Of a DNA stretch of 64,000 bases, positions 12,831-26,315 are shown piece by piece. Source of the DNA: Dimorphilus gyrociliatus (taxonomy: Eukaryota > Animalia > Annelida); the NCBI GenBank assembly GCA_904063045.1, contig CAJFCJ010000001.1, positions 2,852,001 through 2,916,000 of the forward strand, given 5' to 3'. The notes below the pieces were generated by a model. That model had not been told where the DNA came from and searched no databases. It saw only the letters and a list, made by a program, of their open reading frames with translations. Within the stretch, counting starts at the first letter, position 1. Each line of letters begins with the position of its first letter. Both the position numbers and the translations under genes were made by a program.

Positions 12831-14943
12831 TTATGTAACCGTCCACCGCCATAACTTTAGAGAATTGTCGAATATTTCTTCTCCTCCTTTAACATTCGCT
12901 TCACTTTCATCACTATCATATTCGTAAGGAAATGGAAATTTTCGTTCCCCAGATCCTGTAGCTACTATTGGTAGACTAGGATGTATACTGTAAAGGAAAA
13001 AAAAAAGAAGCAAATTATAGTAGTTGATCTAGAATCTTATTTAAACTTTGATAACAAACCTTATTCCGTTTATGACGTCATCGTGTAATTTATGAACTGC
13101 TAGAGGTATTAATATAGCCTCATTTTGAACATCCTTAGGCGCCGATTTTAAATCCCATATGGAAACGGCTTGATTATGATTTCCAGATATTAAATATCGA
13201 CCAGAGCTATGGATAAAAAAGAAAGTATTTATCTTGTTTCAATATTTAGTTTATATCTATTACTAAGCGGAGGAAACTTACGGATCCAGATCAAAAAACA
13301 TGCGTTGATTGGTCTCAACTCGTCTTTTAAGACAGTACACAATTCCTCCAACTCGAATATCCCAACAAATAATTTCAGGATCCTTAGTTTTAATTAAAAA
13401 TAAGAATTAATAGTATAATATAAGAAACAAAGATAATATAAATACTTTTCTTCCGCCGGCGAACAGATAGTAACCATCATTTGAAAATAAAAGGTGTGTT
13501 ATACCACCAACTTGACCTTCGAACATCATCTGAGCACTTAAAGTGTTTTCGCAATATATTGCTGTTGAGGTTGAATAGGATCCTGCGGCGAACAACTTAG
13601 GTTGTTGCGGGCAATTGGCAATACAAGAAATAATTCCCTTTTGACCGACTGATTTTTTTGCTATAATTTAGAAAAATAGATATTATCATCTTGTAAATAC
13701 TGTACGTAGTGTGTATACAGCTTCTAAATATAGAATTGTAATATATACCTGTTTTAATCGAGCTGTATTGTCTACCTGGTTTGGCTATATCAAATACATT
13801 TATTTGTTGATTTAAACCGCAGATTAGTTTTTCTCCTTCAGCATTGAAATTAATTGAATAAACTGACGTCATTTCATCCTGAAGAAATTAAAATAGATGT
13901 AAAATATATAAAAGGAAAATAAAAGTAATTTTTATTTCTTCAATTGAAAGCTGTTATATAATCGAAATTCTACTTACAACATTATCGTATGACCGATAGC
14001 TGGCTCGTAAATGACCATCAAATGCATCGTATAAGTGAACAGGACAACGTCGGCTTGTTGTGGCAAAGCTAGATATAAGTACAAGTGTATTTTTCTTAAT
14101 TAAATCCGTAAATTATTATACATAGGTTCTTACTTACCAACACGTTTGCGGGTCAGCTGAAGACATACATGGGTACCAAGCATAATCATATATCATATCT
14201 CCATCTTCTATAGCAACTACAGAAGCCTGTTAGGAGATAGAACAGATAAAAATATTGTTTCTATCAGTGAAAAAAACACTTATACCATCTCAACAGGTGT
14301 TTCTTCGTCATCTGACGTGCCGTAGAGTTGTTGAGGAGAATTAAATAAACGTAAGTAAGAATCATTGCTAGCCGTTAAAATGCATAAACCGTCAGGTGCC
14401 CTTTGTAAATAAGTAGTGAATAGTTATTTTTGTCTTTAACTTCATGATATAGTATTGAACTTGAAGAATTTTTACCATTTACATCCTTTCAAGAAATTTT
14501 CTGGAATCTTATTAAATTCTCTTTTTGCTATTGCAATTTCTTTAGGTTTAAGATTAAAGTTACATGTAAATGTTCTGGAGGGGAAAAGAGAGCGATATAT
14601 TAGTGTTTTGTGAATATAGTTAACAAATCAACTTGATAAACTACTTTATCTCTGGTAATTTTTCATCTGCCTGGTCTATGCCTTCCTCAAGTTCACTTCC
14701 CTTAGATTCAATATTTTCTTCTTGCTTATTATCTGGAATGAAAAGTGTTATTTGTTCGAGTAGAAATTTTGTTTACAAAGGATGTTAAAGCTTAATAGTA
14801 CCATTTAAAGTTTCTGTTTCTATTTTATGCTGCTCTTCAACCTCATGATTTTGCTCTTGAGGAACTTGAGGCCCAATAAATGGCAAATCAGTTTCCATTG
14901 GAGATTGTCTAGGGGTAGAATCTGTATTTATATCGGCTTCCAT
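12831..14943 (-). CDS. WRAP53: Telomerase Cajal body protein 1 (WD40)
   Basis: Acidic N-terminus from ATG 14943; exons encode NFLKGCKW..PDGLCILTASNDS, PVHLYDAFDGHLRASYRSYD, VFDIAKPGRQ, GGITHLLFSNDGYYLFAGGRK, HPSLPIVATGSGERKF. Confidence 0.9.
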
Positions 14944-15196
14944 TGATGGTTTGCGCAACGTTATCTTTCAATAAACTATTTTAATTTTTATTCGCAATTC
15001 TTGGGGAAATGAAATACTTAAAGAGATATGAGAGCCTAAATGAATTATGAAGATTTTAGATTTTCAATTAGCGTATTTTCAAAGCATAGTCTTTTGCATA
15101 TATTCTATCAGAAAAAAGAAGCCGAATTTCGCCGGGGCGCCATATTTACAATCAGAAAGTGTTCGATGCATACGAGGCAGTGTCCATTATAAAATC

Positions 15197-15209
15197 GTAA
15201 CCAAGCAAC
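15197..15209 (+). promoter_or_regulatory. RFX X-box-like element GTAACCAAGCAAC upstream of LRRC27
   Basis: Fits GTNRCC(N0-3)RGYAAC, about 130 nt before the ATG. Confidence 0.55.
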
Positions 15210-15339
15210 TATTTATAAATAATAAGTCACATTTGGCAGTACAACGTGTTTATTTTACTGCGTAAAATTAGTATTATCAATAGATTTATTATAGTTTTTA
15301 AATCAACACATTATCGAATGTATTTACATTATTAAAAAG

Positions 15340-17583
15340 ATGCAAGAACAAAAAGTAACTCAAGAGGAGGCAAATAGTGAGAAGAATGTAGTAGTTGACA
15401 GATTATCACTCAATTTTGATGGTCAAGATGAGGTTGATAGGACGAGACTCCCAAGTGATAGAATAATGAGAAAAATATTTGATGCTACTCATAGTCTGAG
15501 TACAACTTTGGATTTATCGAATTATAATTTAACAGAGGTACCCGAAGAAATTCTTGACATGTCTCAGTTACAAAACTTATATCTTAGTTATAATAAAATA
15601 ACAACTCTTCCAGGAAATTTCTTTGATAAACTATCTAACTTACAGTGGTTAGATTTAAGATTTAACCAACTAAAAAGTCTACCGACAACGTATATAGGCC
15701 GTCATAAATGCTTAAGGAATATGTTGTTGGAAGGTAATAATTTGAGAACTTTACCATTGGAATTAGGTTTAATAACAACAATGGATGGTTTAAATTTAAG
15801 GGGTAATCCTTTAGAATTTCCTCCATCCGAAGTATTATCAAAAGGAACCAAAGAAATTCTTAAATTCTTTAGAGAGATACTTTTTGCAAAAAGTGGTAAG
15901 AAAGTTAAATCGGATGATTCTGTGACAAATAATAGTCGAAAGACATCATCATCAAGTGAAAACGATTCGTCAACTGAACAACAACAACAACAACAACAAC
16001 AACAGCAACAACAATTAGAACATGGCCTAGAAAATATGGATAAAATATATAATCGTTCAAAATCTATAGAACGTGAAGAGTTTGTCGGACCAATACTAAA
16101 ACCAGTTGATTTACAAAGGAAAAGTAGTTCAAAGAAATCTCTTAAAAGCGGTGGAAACAGAAGTGGAAAGACTAGATCAAAACAATCAAAACGCATAATT
16201 GATATTACTGAAAGAGTTGAAGATTCAGAATATAGAGATTCAGATAGAAGATTGCAAAAACTTTTGGAACACGAAAGGAGATTGGCTTTGATGAAGGGGA
16301 TAAATGAGGAGACTGATAAAATTCTCCAGAAAAGACGGTAAATCTACATCAATTCTTTATTAACATGAACAATGGAGAAGGTGAAAATTAATTGTATTAT
16401 TTTTCTTCTTCCTTTTCATAGAGATGCTGAAAGGCTACAAGAATTCCGAGATGAAAGCCGAAAGCGACAAATTCAAAAGGAAAGGGAAAAATTCTCTAAA
16501 GGATTATGTAAGATCATATTTCATCAACTTCAATTCTTCTTCACTTTTTAATTGTTTTTGCATATCTATTTTCCTTACATAGTCTATAAGAAAGCTGCCG
16601 AAACTGCTCCGTTTGCAACAGAACAGTCTAAATTAGTTACTGATACAAAAAAGCATGCGGATAGGCTAAAAGCGGAGACGGATATAACTCTAAAGATTGA
16701 AGAACATCTTAAGAGGATACACGAACGACGTTCTAAGCCAAAACAATCTGCTCAAGAGGAATTAATTGCCGCCCAAAAGGAATTAGAAATAGTAAGTTGC
16801 TATATACTAAGTATATAAGTATTTACATAATGACTCTTTGTCACACCCTCTTACTCTACCCCACCCACTTTACCGCCCCCTCCTCTCAATTTTCCTCAAC
16901 AAAGTAGTTTTATATATATATATATATAAAACGAAAAGAAAAACATGAGGGTGTGCATAAAGATAGAAGATCTATTTTTAGTAAATTATTCTATAAATAT
17001 ATTGTATTAAACGAATAATATAAATCATAAGAAGACTAGTTATTAATTAGTCAAATATGTCTTTTTTTTTATCTAATTTTTTATCAGATACAACAATTAC
17101 GTGGCGATTTAAGGAACACCTCACAATTCCGACCGTATTTTCCACACTCTTAAAAAAATTATACATCTTTGTAAGATTAAAAAGCTAACAAGACTTATAT
17201 AATGCTTTCTCTTTTTTGTCTGTTTATTTTCAAAGAAAGCTTCTTTCGTTTGGCTAATCATTTTTCCAGTATTATACATACTTTTACTGTATATTTTCCA
17301 GTATTTTTGTTTTTTTTACATATGTATATATATATTTAAATAGTATTTGCATATTTTATTATTATTATTATTATTATTAATTGTACCACTTTATAACAAC
17401 TTTATCTGCACTAAATATGGTTTTTTTTATTAAAAAACAAAAAAAAAGCTTTTAAAACGATTAAGTTATTAAGAGACAATTATTAATATACGTGTCTTTT
17501 AAAAACAGGCTCATCAACTCCAAAATGAAGTTCAAAAGAGAAAGAATATTGAATATAGATTAACTGCCTTCACCGGGGACTGA
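15340..17583 (+). CDS. LRRC27: Leucine-rich repeat protein 27-like with polyQ tract
   Basis: N-terminal LRRs (LQNLYLSYNKITTLP, LQWLDLRFNQLKSLP, LNLRGNPLEFPP), 12-Gln tract 15979-16014, coiled-coil exons, last exon 17509-17583 ending EYRLTAFTGD. Confidence 0.75.
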
Positions 17584-18131
17584 ATAGCTTCTTTTGTTTG
17601 TTTGTTTGTTTATTTTTTAATTATTGAGCTTTATGCTCAGTTCCATTTTATAAGGATAGGTTTTTTTATATTTATTTTATCTTTGTGACAAAAAATTAGC
17701 ACCAAACGGATTTTTATTATAAAATTCTTTTAATAATTATCTAAATAATTATGATAAAGAAGAGATAAAGATGAAAAAAGGGGTAATAATATAATTTTGT
17801 TTGTTACAAGTTCTTTATTAATATTTTACTTCTCTTCCAAACGGAAGACAAGAGATTAAAATATATGATAAGGGTAACAATGTCTGTTCATATTTTTTAA
17901 CACTTAATTGTTTATGACAAGTGGAAGATGAGATTTATTTTCTTTGCGTATGACTATCATTTTTAAATGGAATTCTATACTAATATTTTCATATTTGATT
18001 TATTTATGGCAATACACAGTGTTTCTTTTTCTTTTTATCTTCCTCTCTATCCTGCTCTGTTGTTTTTGTTACCACGACTATTTTCATATAAATAAAAAAT
18101 ACTGAATACATAGTTTTTCAAGTTGTTTTAT

Positions 18132-20147
18132 TTATGTTTGTATCATCCTTTTCTTTGAATCATAGATGTATCTTTTAAATTTTAAATTAACCCTAACAAT
18201 TTCATTATGGGCTTCCTGTTTCTTCTTTTTTGACGATATTAATTCGCTCGTTTCTTCTTTTAGACCATCTTTAAAAGACAATTAGAATATATAAGTTTAT
18301 GATATTGATTCAACTATTTTCAATGAAAAATGAACAAACCTGAAAGTCTAACTTTAAACTTTCCACTTTGACCAAAGCTACTTTCAATTACCCCTTTTTC
18401 GCCCGTTGATAATTCAACTTTAAGATTTCTAAAAGCTTCTATATTACTTTCTTTCTTGAATAAACCATTACAGACAACTGTATAATCATCGGTTTTTCGT
18501 TCCACCACTCCTTGCCGTTGTTTCCATTTAAATATTTTAAGAGCTTCGAGGTCTTTAGAATAGTTTGGTCCAAACGTTTTTACAAGAGATCCATAAAATG
18601 CAAGTCGACATATATTAGCGTGAACATCGGTATCTAACCTTGAACCAATTATATAACTATCAGCTGAACAAATAACTGGTCTTTCGAATTCTACGAGTAA
18701 ATATTGTTTCCCTACGTCTAATAGCTCTTCTTCGTATTTATATTCCGAGTCAAAAGTAAATTTACTATCAACTTTTCCTTCATCGTTGTTGTGATTACTT
18801 TCAGAGAAGAAAGTTAGATTTCCCATTACAGTTTCATAGCCAACTGTTATATGGAATTTAGATTTCGTTTGGACGCTACCCTTATAATATTGAATCTTTT
18901 TTATATCGACTATAGCTGCGTCAATAGTTGGAAGTGCATTAATTGAACAGACAAGACCCCTTTCCAAAAGTTTTGGATCAAATTGAGTAACGCATAGACC
19001 AATTCTATCGCCCTTTAAGAAAAATAAGAAGAAAACTGTTATAATATACCAATTAAGAATACTTGTAGGTTTTTACTTGAATAGCTTTTTCAATAGGTTT
19101 CTTGAACATTTGCATACTTTTCACCTTTTTAACTTCTTTTAAAGCGGGGATTTCAATTTGCTATATGTATAAAAGTGACCATTATATAATAATTATAATA
19201 ATAAAAGAAGGAAAAGCTATCTATAGAATAAATTACATCATTAACTGAAACTTTTCCAGATAGAATTGTGCCAGTCATAACCGTTCCTTGTCCTTTAATT
19301 AAGAAGCAATGATCAACTGCATATATAAATGGGCCAGTTGTAGATCTCTTAGGAGAGAATGCATTAGATTTTAACGTATCTATCAATCCTTGTATATTAA
19401 TACCACTTGTATCTGTTGACTGTGTGATGAAACGAGTAAAAATATAAGTGTTCAATATACAAAAGTTTATAAAATTGTTAATGTTCTACCTCTGGTCCAC
19501 CTGGTTTCGCTGATACGGATACAATAGAACTCCCAGCAAATTTTGTTGGTTCCAATGTTTTTTGAATGCGTTTTGTCATCTATAAATTAATAGAATCACT
19601 AGCTATAAATTCTGAATTATGTATGATTATTCTTTTATTACTTTATCAATAATGGCTTGTCTCTTAGATTCATCTAGAAGATCTATCTTATTTAGAACAA
19701 CTATCATTTTATCGCATGTTATTTGACCTATAATAAGGCATTCTGCTGTTTGGGTCTGGATTCCTTTTGTCACATCGACAACCAACATCATTAAGTCAAT
19801 AATTTGGGCTCCTATGAAATATTCTCGTATAGTTTATGAATAGTTTATATTTCTCACCAACCTCCCATAATTGTTCTAATAAGGCTTGCATGACCAGGAC
19901 AATCGACTAACGTAAACTGGAACTTTTCAAGTTCTAATTGTTGTAAATGATCTGGCGGTTCTACAATGAATGATGAAAAGCCCAAATCGAGAGTTATTCC
20001 TCTCTCTCTACTTTGTGGATTTTTATCAAAACTAGCTGTACTAGCAATAGAGCTAAGAATCTTTGCCAAGCTAGTTTTTCCACTGTCAACGTGGCCTAAA
20101 ACACCGACGTTGAAGTTGAGAAATTTTTTCTTCTCTGATGCCGCCAT
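18132..20147 (-). CDS. EEFSEC: Selenocysteine-specific elongation factor
   Basis: NVGVLGHVDSGKTSLAK, ERGITLDLGFSSF, VDCPGHASLIRTI, AVDHCFLIKGQGTVMTGT, SRLDTDVHANICRLAFYG, C-terminal LKFKRYIYDSKKRMIQT*. Confidence 0.97.
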
Positions 20148-20789
20148 GTTTATCGTCTGCTAAAGTTTTCACTGTATATTCGTTTCTTACGATATACTAA
20201 TATAAATGTATATGACCTAATAAAAGAAATATATGTATCATTTTATCACAAATATCTTAAAATTTTATTTAATATAAACCTTAGAACTAATTAGACTATC
20301 ATTTGATACTAGATATTATATTATGAAATACTGTATAGAAAAAGACGTAATGCCCTAGATAAAAAATTTCGCGCGCTTTTTTAGTACAGACACGTTCCAA
20401 TATAGAATTATTGATGTTGTTCTTTTCCTCTAAACGAAATATATATTATATTTCATGAAATATTTCAAACTTGTATTCAAATCTCCTTAATTAAATTAAA
20501 CTCCAGAAAAACAAGTATAGAATAGCAATAAACAAAAATATTCTAAAATATCTTTCAAAGGAAGTTCAAAATTCTCAAATTCAAGGAATTTAATATTGAC
20601 CTAGAAAACGAACTTAAAGAATCTATAATCCTCTACTTGGGAAAGAATTAGGAGAAAACAAGAAAATGAGAAAAGTAAATTATATATCCATTATTGAAAA
20701 TCAACTATATCTAATTTTCATTTATACCTAGATTTCCTCTATTAAATCTATTAAATTTTTAATACCTTTCCCTTTTGATTTAGACAGAC

Positions 20790-21419
20790 AGAATATAGAT
20801 ATTTTTAAAAATTTTCAATAAAGAACAATCGATTGATGGCTGAATATTGATTGGAAAGTTTAAATTCATCAATTTGTCAAGAGGAATACTGGAGAAGACA
20901 GAGTTTAATTAAGATTTTTTTTTATCTGTATTTACTATATATACAGTATATATATAAATTCATATATATATATACTTTAAATTTTAGTTTGCCTTATATA
21001 AACTAGATTATCTTTCTAATTAAGCCTATTCAATATTAATTTTAACCTTCTAAAGTGATTGAATATTCTCCATTCTACTTTCTCCCCTTTTCCCAGGTTC
21101 ATATGTTCAAACAGTTATATAGTTACATAAACTTATTCTTTTAAATCATAATATATACGTATTTAGCTTTAATTTCTTGGTAAAAAGTCACCTTTTCTGT
21201 TCAATCAACTTTAACACTTGGATAAAGGCTTTATCTTTAATGAAAAGCCATCTAGTGGTAGATAAATGTTTTTTTAATCGGGGAGTGGCGTCCTGTTCCC
21301 TTAAGGGCGCTGAATCAGAACGAGGCTGATTACCCTTAACGACGCGACTGTTTGCCTGGTGACGTTTAGCATAGGCGCGTGCCTGTTTTACTTCGACTGA
21401 CATTTTCATATTTGTTTTC
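20790..21419 (-). other. Possible small orphan spliced gene, or structured RNA island
   Basis: Exon-like block about 21419-21191 (acceptor ccgtag|, donor AAAG|GTGACT) with 73-aa ORF. Phase-compatible downstream exon after tctgtcttctccag| adds SIPLDKLMNLNFP...ILSV*. No recognisable domain. Confidence 0.35.
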
Positions 21420-21606
21420 CTACGGTTCAGAAATAAAATAGATAGACTTTAAGAAGAAATGACAAAAAGTAGATGCCATATCATCTTATGTTTTATACTT
21501 TTATTCTTCAGTGAATATTCATCAGGTTTGTACCCGAAAAAATCAACTTTGTATAGAAATATGAATGGAGTGAAGAAGGAGCGAGAATGAAAATATTTCA
21601 TATAAA

Positions 21607-24600
21607 ATGTATACAATTCTCTCTCTCTCCTTTTCACTGACAATAACAGTTAAGTTGTAGTGTATATGTGATATTCGCATATCTATATCTTGAACGGGCA
21701 AATGTAATCAATATACTTTTATTTCTTATTGAGTTTCATTCAAACCGTTTAGCCGGCTAAAGGCTACAAATGTCGATTGAACTTTATTTATTATGAAAGC
21801 GTAAGAAAATCTGAACTACTTTACAAAGAATTTAAGAAACAAGATGACAAATCCCTAGAGAGACCTCTTTCCAGTTAATTCTTTTGTTTCTTTTAGTTTC
21901 ACAATAAATATTTCATATACCGTTCAATAAAAGCTATGTTATTGAATCAAAGACGCCCACGGGATTGCTAGGTCTAATTCGCTTATTTAGGTACTTTTTT
22001 ATATACCTTCTTTACCGAACAGCTTATACCTATAGATAATGTCGTTCAATAATTTTATAAAAATCACCGAATGGTCAACGTTCTACAATATTTTGTTCTT
22101 TTTTTTTTCTTTTAAAAAAAAAATACAGCCCAAACTTGCAGTGGAACTTTAATTGATGGATGGTGCTTTCTATCGTTAAGTACGATAGGAGATCGAAATT
22201 TAAACGATGCTACTGCAGAATGTAGAGCCAAACATGGCATAAAATCTACTTTACCCTACGTTTTCAATAAAAACAGTCAAGATTTTATGAGAAATGTTAT
22301 GATACAAAATCAGCTTAATTTTACTTGGTTAGGATTTCAATTCGTTGAAGATCAGCCAGTAGCTCAAAATACTGCTAGAAGACCAAATTATTGGAAATGG
22401 ATAGGTAAGAAACATCTCTTACAAAACATCGCTCAATTATTAACGCTACCATAGTAACATTCGTAAACTTTCGCCAGATGACTCAATAATGGAACACCAA
22501 GGATGTTTTGACGACTGGGCTCAATCGCCCAGTAGAATGGATATGGAATTAGAGGTTACCCAATTATTAACAAAAATAACTATCGACGACTGTAAGGCCC
22601 GGTGTCAAAGGGAGAATGAGAATAAACCAGCATTCGAACGTTTCTTAGTAGCTGGTCTTCAGGATGGTAATAAATGTTTCTGTTCCAAGTATTTTGGGAA
22701 ATTTGGCCCAATAGACTCATGTACCGTTCCGTGTAAAGATAATGCAAATGAAAAATGCGGCGGTTATGGAAGAAATAGTGTTGTTTATCTAAGTGGCTCA
22801 TACGGCCCGTGGTACTACAAACAACCAAATAGCCATAGAGGTTCACCTCAGGCTTGCGCAGTTACTTCGAATTATCATCAAATGAAAATGGGCGACGAAA
22901 ATTGCGAAAATATTTATGATTATCTCTGCGAATTACGTAAGTTAATCTTCTTTGTCTTTGTTTTAAACGTTTTCAACTGTTGAGACTGTTTTTTATAGCA
23001 ACGTCATTTTGTAACGGAAATGGCAACTATTACTTACGAAATGGAACTTGTATTTTTGTGGGAACATCGAAAAATTGGTTTGATTCAAGAAATGATTGTA
23101 TAGAAAGAGGAGGAGATTTATTAATATTTAAAGACGACTTAACAAGAACAACGATAATGAAAATGGTATCAGCAGATGACTTAAACCTTGATAACGACGC
23201 TAAATTCTGGTTAGGATTAACCAAATGGCGTTGGAGAATTCACGGTAGAAATGATGGTCCTGAATTAAAATATTCAAATTTTCATTCTTCCGTCTGGGGA
23301 AATGATCCACAATCGACAAATTTGGAACAATGCATAGTTATGTCCGCCGAGCACAATTACCAATGGATATGGGTACCTTGTACAAAACTGTCGATAACAG
23401 ATAAAGAATATCCCTTCTTATGCGTAATAGGTTTGTAAAGAGATAATTCAATTCTTTTATTATACAATTATATTTAGCAAGAAAAAGCTATAATAAGATA
23501 ATTACATATAACTGCTGCTTAACCATGCTTTTCTGCTTTTTTTTCTCATCCTCTCTATTTACTAACAATCATTCACTTTGGGGGAAAATCAATTATCAAC
23601 AATACAATAAAAAAGAAATGCCTCCACCAAAAATCACTGAAACTCCAACAACCACTCCCATTGCTACAACAAAATTACCAGCAATTATAAGAAAAACAAC
23701 AGGAAGAGAAATAACAACTCCTCCAATAAGGAGTAGTCCTACCACAATTGAAACTACAACACCTGAAATTACCACTATTCCTAAACAATCAACTACAGCC
23801 GGTAGGCCTATAAATGTTGTCAAACAAGTATTATTCACTTATTATATACAGTATGTATATTAGTATATATACACAGAGAGAGAGAGAAAGTAGTTGTAGC
23901 ATTCCTTTAGAACAAAAACAAAAACAAGGAACTTCAACTGTTAATAATTTCATTTTAGTTGTCTTTCATATTTCAATATGGTTTTTGCGTGTTTTTCCTA
24001 TCCATATCTTTTTTTAATTAAAAAAAAAAGAAGAAGAACATGAAGAGAAACAAGAACAAAAACCATCAATACAAGAACAAACGAAGAATATCTCTTTCTA
24101 ATCAATGATTTAACTAACTACTATCTAACTAGTTTAATTTGTTAATTAACTAATTAATTTTCTATTGGAAGTATTTAACAAAGCAATGTTTGAAAAGTAT
24201 AGATAAAGCACATTTGAGAGTTTTTTTTGATCACTCTTAATATTGAAATCAATTTCAAAAAGAAGAAGAAATCTATATTAAACTAATTTTTTTTTAATCT
24301 TCATTTTTTGATTATTTTTTTTGTTTTTATAAAAAAACAAATATCAAATTTTCTACTAATTTTCTAAATTTTGTCTATTGAAACATATTTTAACAAAAAA
24401 AAAGCATTAATATAACTAATAAGAAACAACATTTCTCATCTGGATTCGAATATAAATGCAGATCTTCGTTCATCAACAACTACATCAACATCAACAACTG
24501 TTACAACACGTGAACCAACTACAAAAAGTACTGTAAAGAGTACTGTAAAACCTACTGTAAAAACTACTATAAAAACAACAGTAAAAACAACTATTAGTAA

Positions 24601-26315
24601 GTGATCAAAAAAAATTTGATTCTGCCCTAAAAATTTGATTGTTTTCTTAATTATTCAATTAAAAACAAAGTATAGACAATTTTGAAAGAAACAATCAATC
24701 TATTAAAATATTATATAATAATATTATAGATGTATCATACGAATCAAATACGCATGAACAGTCTTTCTCGTCATTTAATTTGAATGCCATATAATCATAT
24801 TATTCACTATTAAACAGTTCTTCGTCATCCATTCTATCTTATCTATCTATATTTTGTTTTTTTTGCTTTCTCTGTCAAACACATTTTTTATTTTTTTTTC
24901 GTTAATTATTTCCTCTATTTTACTTTCTTAGCTAAAAGATATGCATGTATTATATAATTGTTAAATTTATATATGAATATAAAGAAAACACACGTACATA
25001 CGCACATACATACACTTGTACTATACCCAAATTATCTCATCACTAACGTTTACTATTATTCAAATAGATGTTCCGGTTACTACAGTCAAAACAACTACTG
25101 TTCAAATTACATCTACACCTATTCCACTGGTTTGTATTATTAAATATATGTATTTATAGAAGTATAAATAATACTTTACTCTATTAGACACCTGGAACCG
25201 ATCCTAATTTAGGAGCTTCAACAAGTGATTCTTCTGGTCTATCCAAATTTCAAATTGGTATAAATAACTTAGTTTAGCATATTTAATACTTATAAATAAA
25301 TTATTATTTTTTTTAACAGCCTTGATCATCGTGCTTATTATTATACTAATCGTTATAATCCTTGCGATTATCTTCTGCGTCTACTATAGATATAAAAATA
25401 AGGAAGGATCAGTACAACCCGAAGATCCAAAGTTTGACGCAAGACCAGATGCTCCTATCCCACAACAAGACATGTATCTAGATCCCAAAGGAAGGGATAA
25501 AAGTAAGTTTAGTCAGTTGATTTGTATTCTATTAAATGTAAAACAAACAACAAAAATAATAGACGCAAACAGACATAAAATAATTTTTCTTCTAAAGATA
25601 TAGATATCTTTAAGTACAACAAGATTGAGAGTCTAGCCTAAGAGAGGTTTTTTCACTATAGCTTTTTCTCTTCTTCGATTATTTACTCTTTAGCTCTTAT
25701 AGCTTTCGCTAACATCTTTAATACATGCATTAATAGACTACCGAAGAAACTGTAATAGAATAATATAACAAGAACTGCTTATAACACACCAATAACTAAA
25801 TATATATTAATTGCTGTTATAACAACTTTTATAGCACACATGGATTCTTTCATAACAGTCCGTAACAAAAATGGCATTTTAACCTTCCAAGGACGTGATG
25901 AAATATCTAGAGGATTCTTTTATTAAAAATTATAAACTAAAAACTTTTTATCAATTTCAACCAAAAAAAGACTTTCTAACGCTTTTTATACTGTTTTAAC
26001 CATACAAAAAATCATAGAAACTATAAACAATTATCTCTACCCCCCGAACAAACTTTAAAGGATTAACTGTAAATAGAAATGACTTCTCTACACTCCACAG
26101 TTCATTATGCAATAATATTTTGAGTAGTTGCCAAATAAAAGAAAAGAGATACTTTTTTTCCCCTTATGAAACAAAATGAATGAAGCTTAAAATTTTCAAC
26201 AGCAAATTTATTGGATAATCCAGCAGTTTATGCTCCAATAACCGAAAGAAATATTCCTCCGAAATCATCTACAGCCCGATTTGACGATGATAGATATTCT
26301 ATAAAAGATGAATGA
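21607..26315 (+). CDS. Type I membrane receptor: C-type lectin domain interrupted by a WSC domain, second C-type lectin domain, Thr-rich mucin stalk, TM helix, Tyr-containing tail
   Basis: Exons 22129-22404, 22478-22936, 22999-23430 (all phase 1), mucin exons about 23.6-25.3 kb, TM exon 25320-25502 (LIIVLIIILIVIILAIIFCVYY), last exon ending YSIKDE* at 26315. The 5' exons (signal MYTILSLSFSLTIT|PAKG from 21607) are uncertain. Confidence 0.8.
24529..24595 (+). repeat. 12-nt coding tandem repeat (TVKS/TVKP/TVKT/TIKT) in mucin stalk
   Basis: actgtaaagagt actgtaaaacct actgtaaaaact actataaaaaca acagtaaaaaca. Confidence 0.8.

Noticed and set aside
6572-14943. WDR43 and WRAP53 plus the snoRNA host as a functional RNA-processing cluster
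   Set aside because: Separated by unrelated genes (and about 30 kb for the host); expected by chance in a gene-dense housekeeping region
21934-21990. LCY-TGA-IKDAHG reading as a selenocysteine exon next to EEFSEC
   Set aside because: Frame ends in TAG shortly after, no SECIS recognised, and proximity to EEFSEC is not evidence
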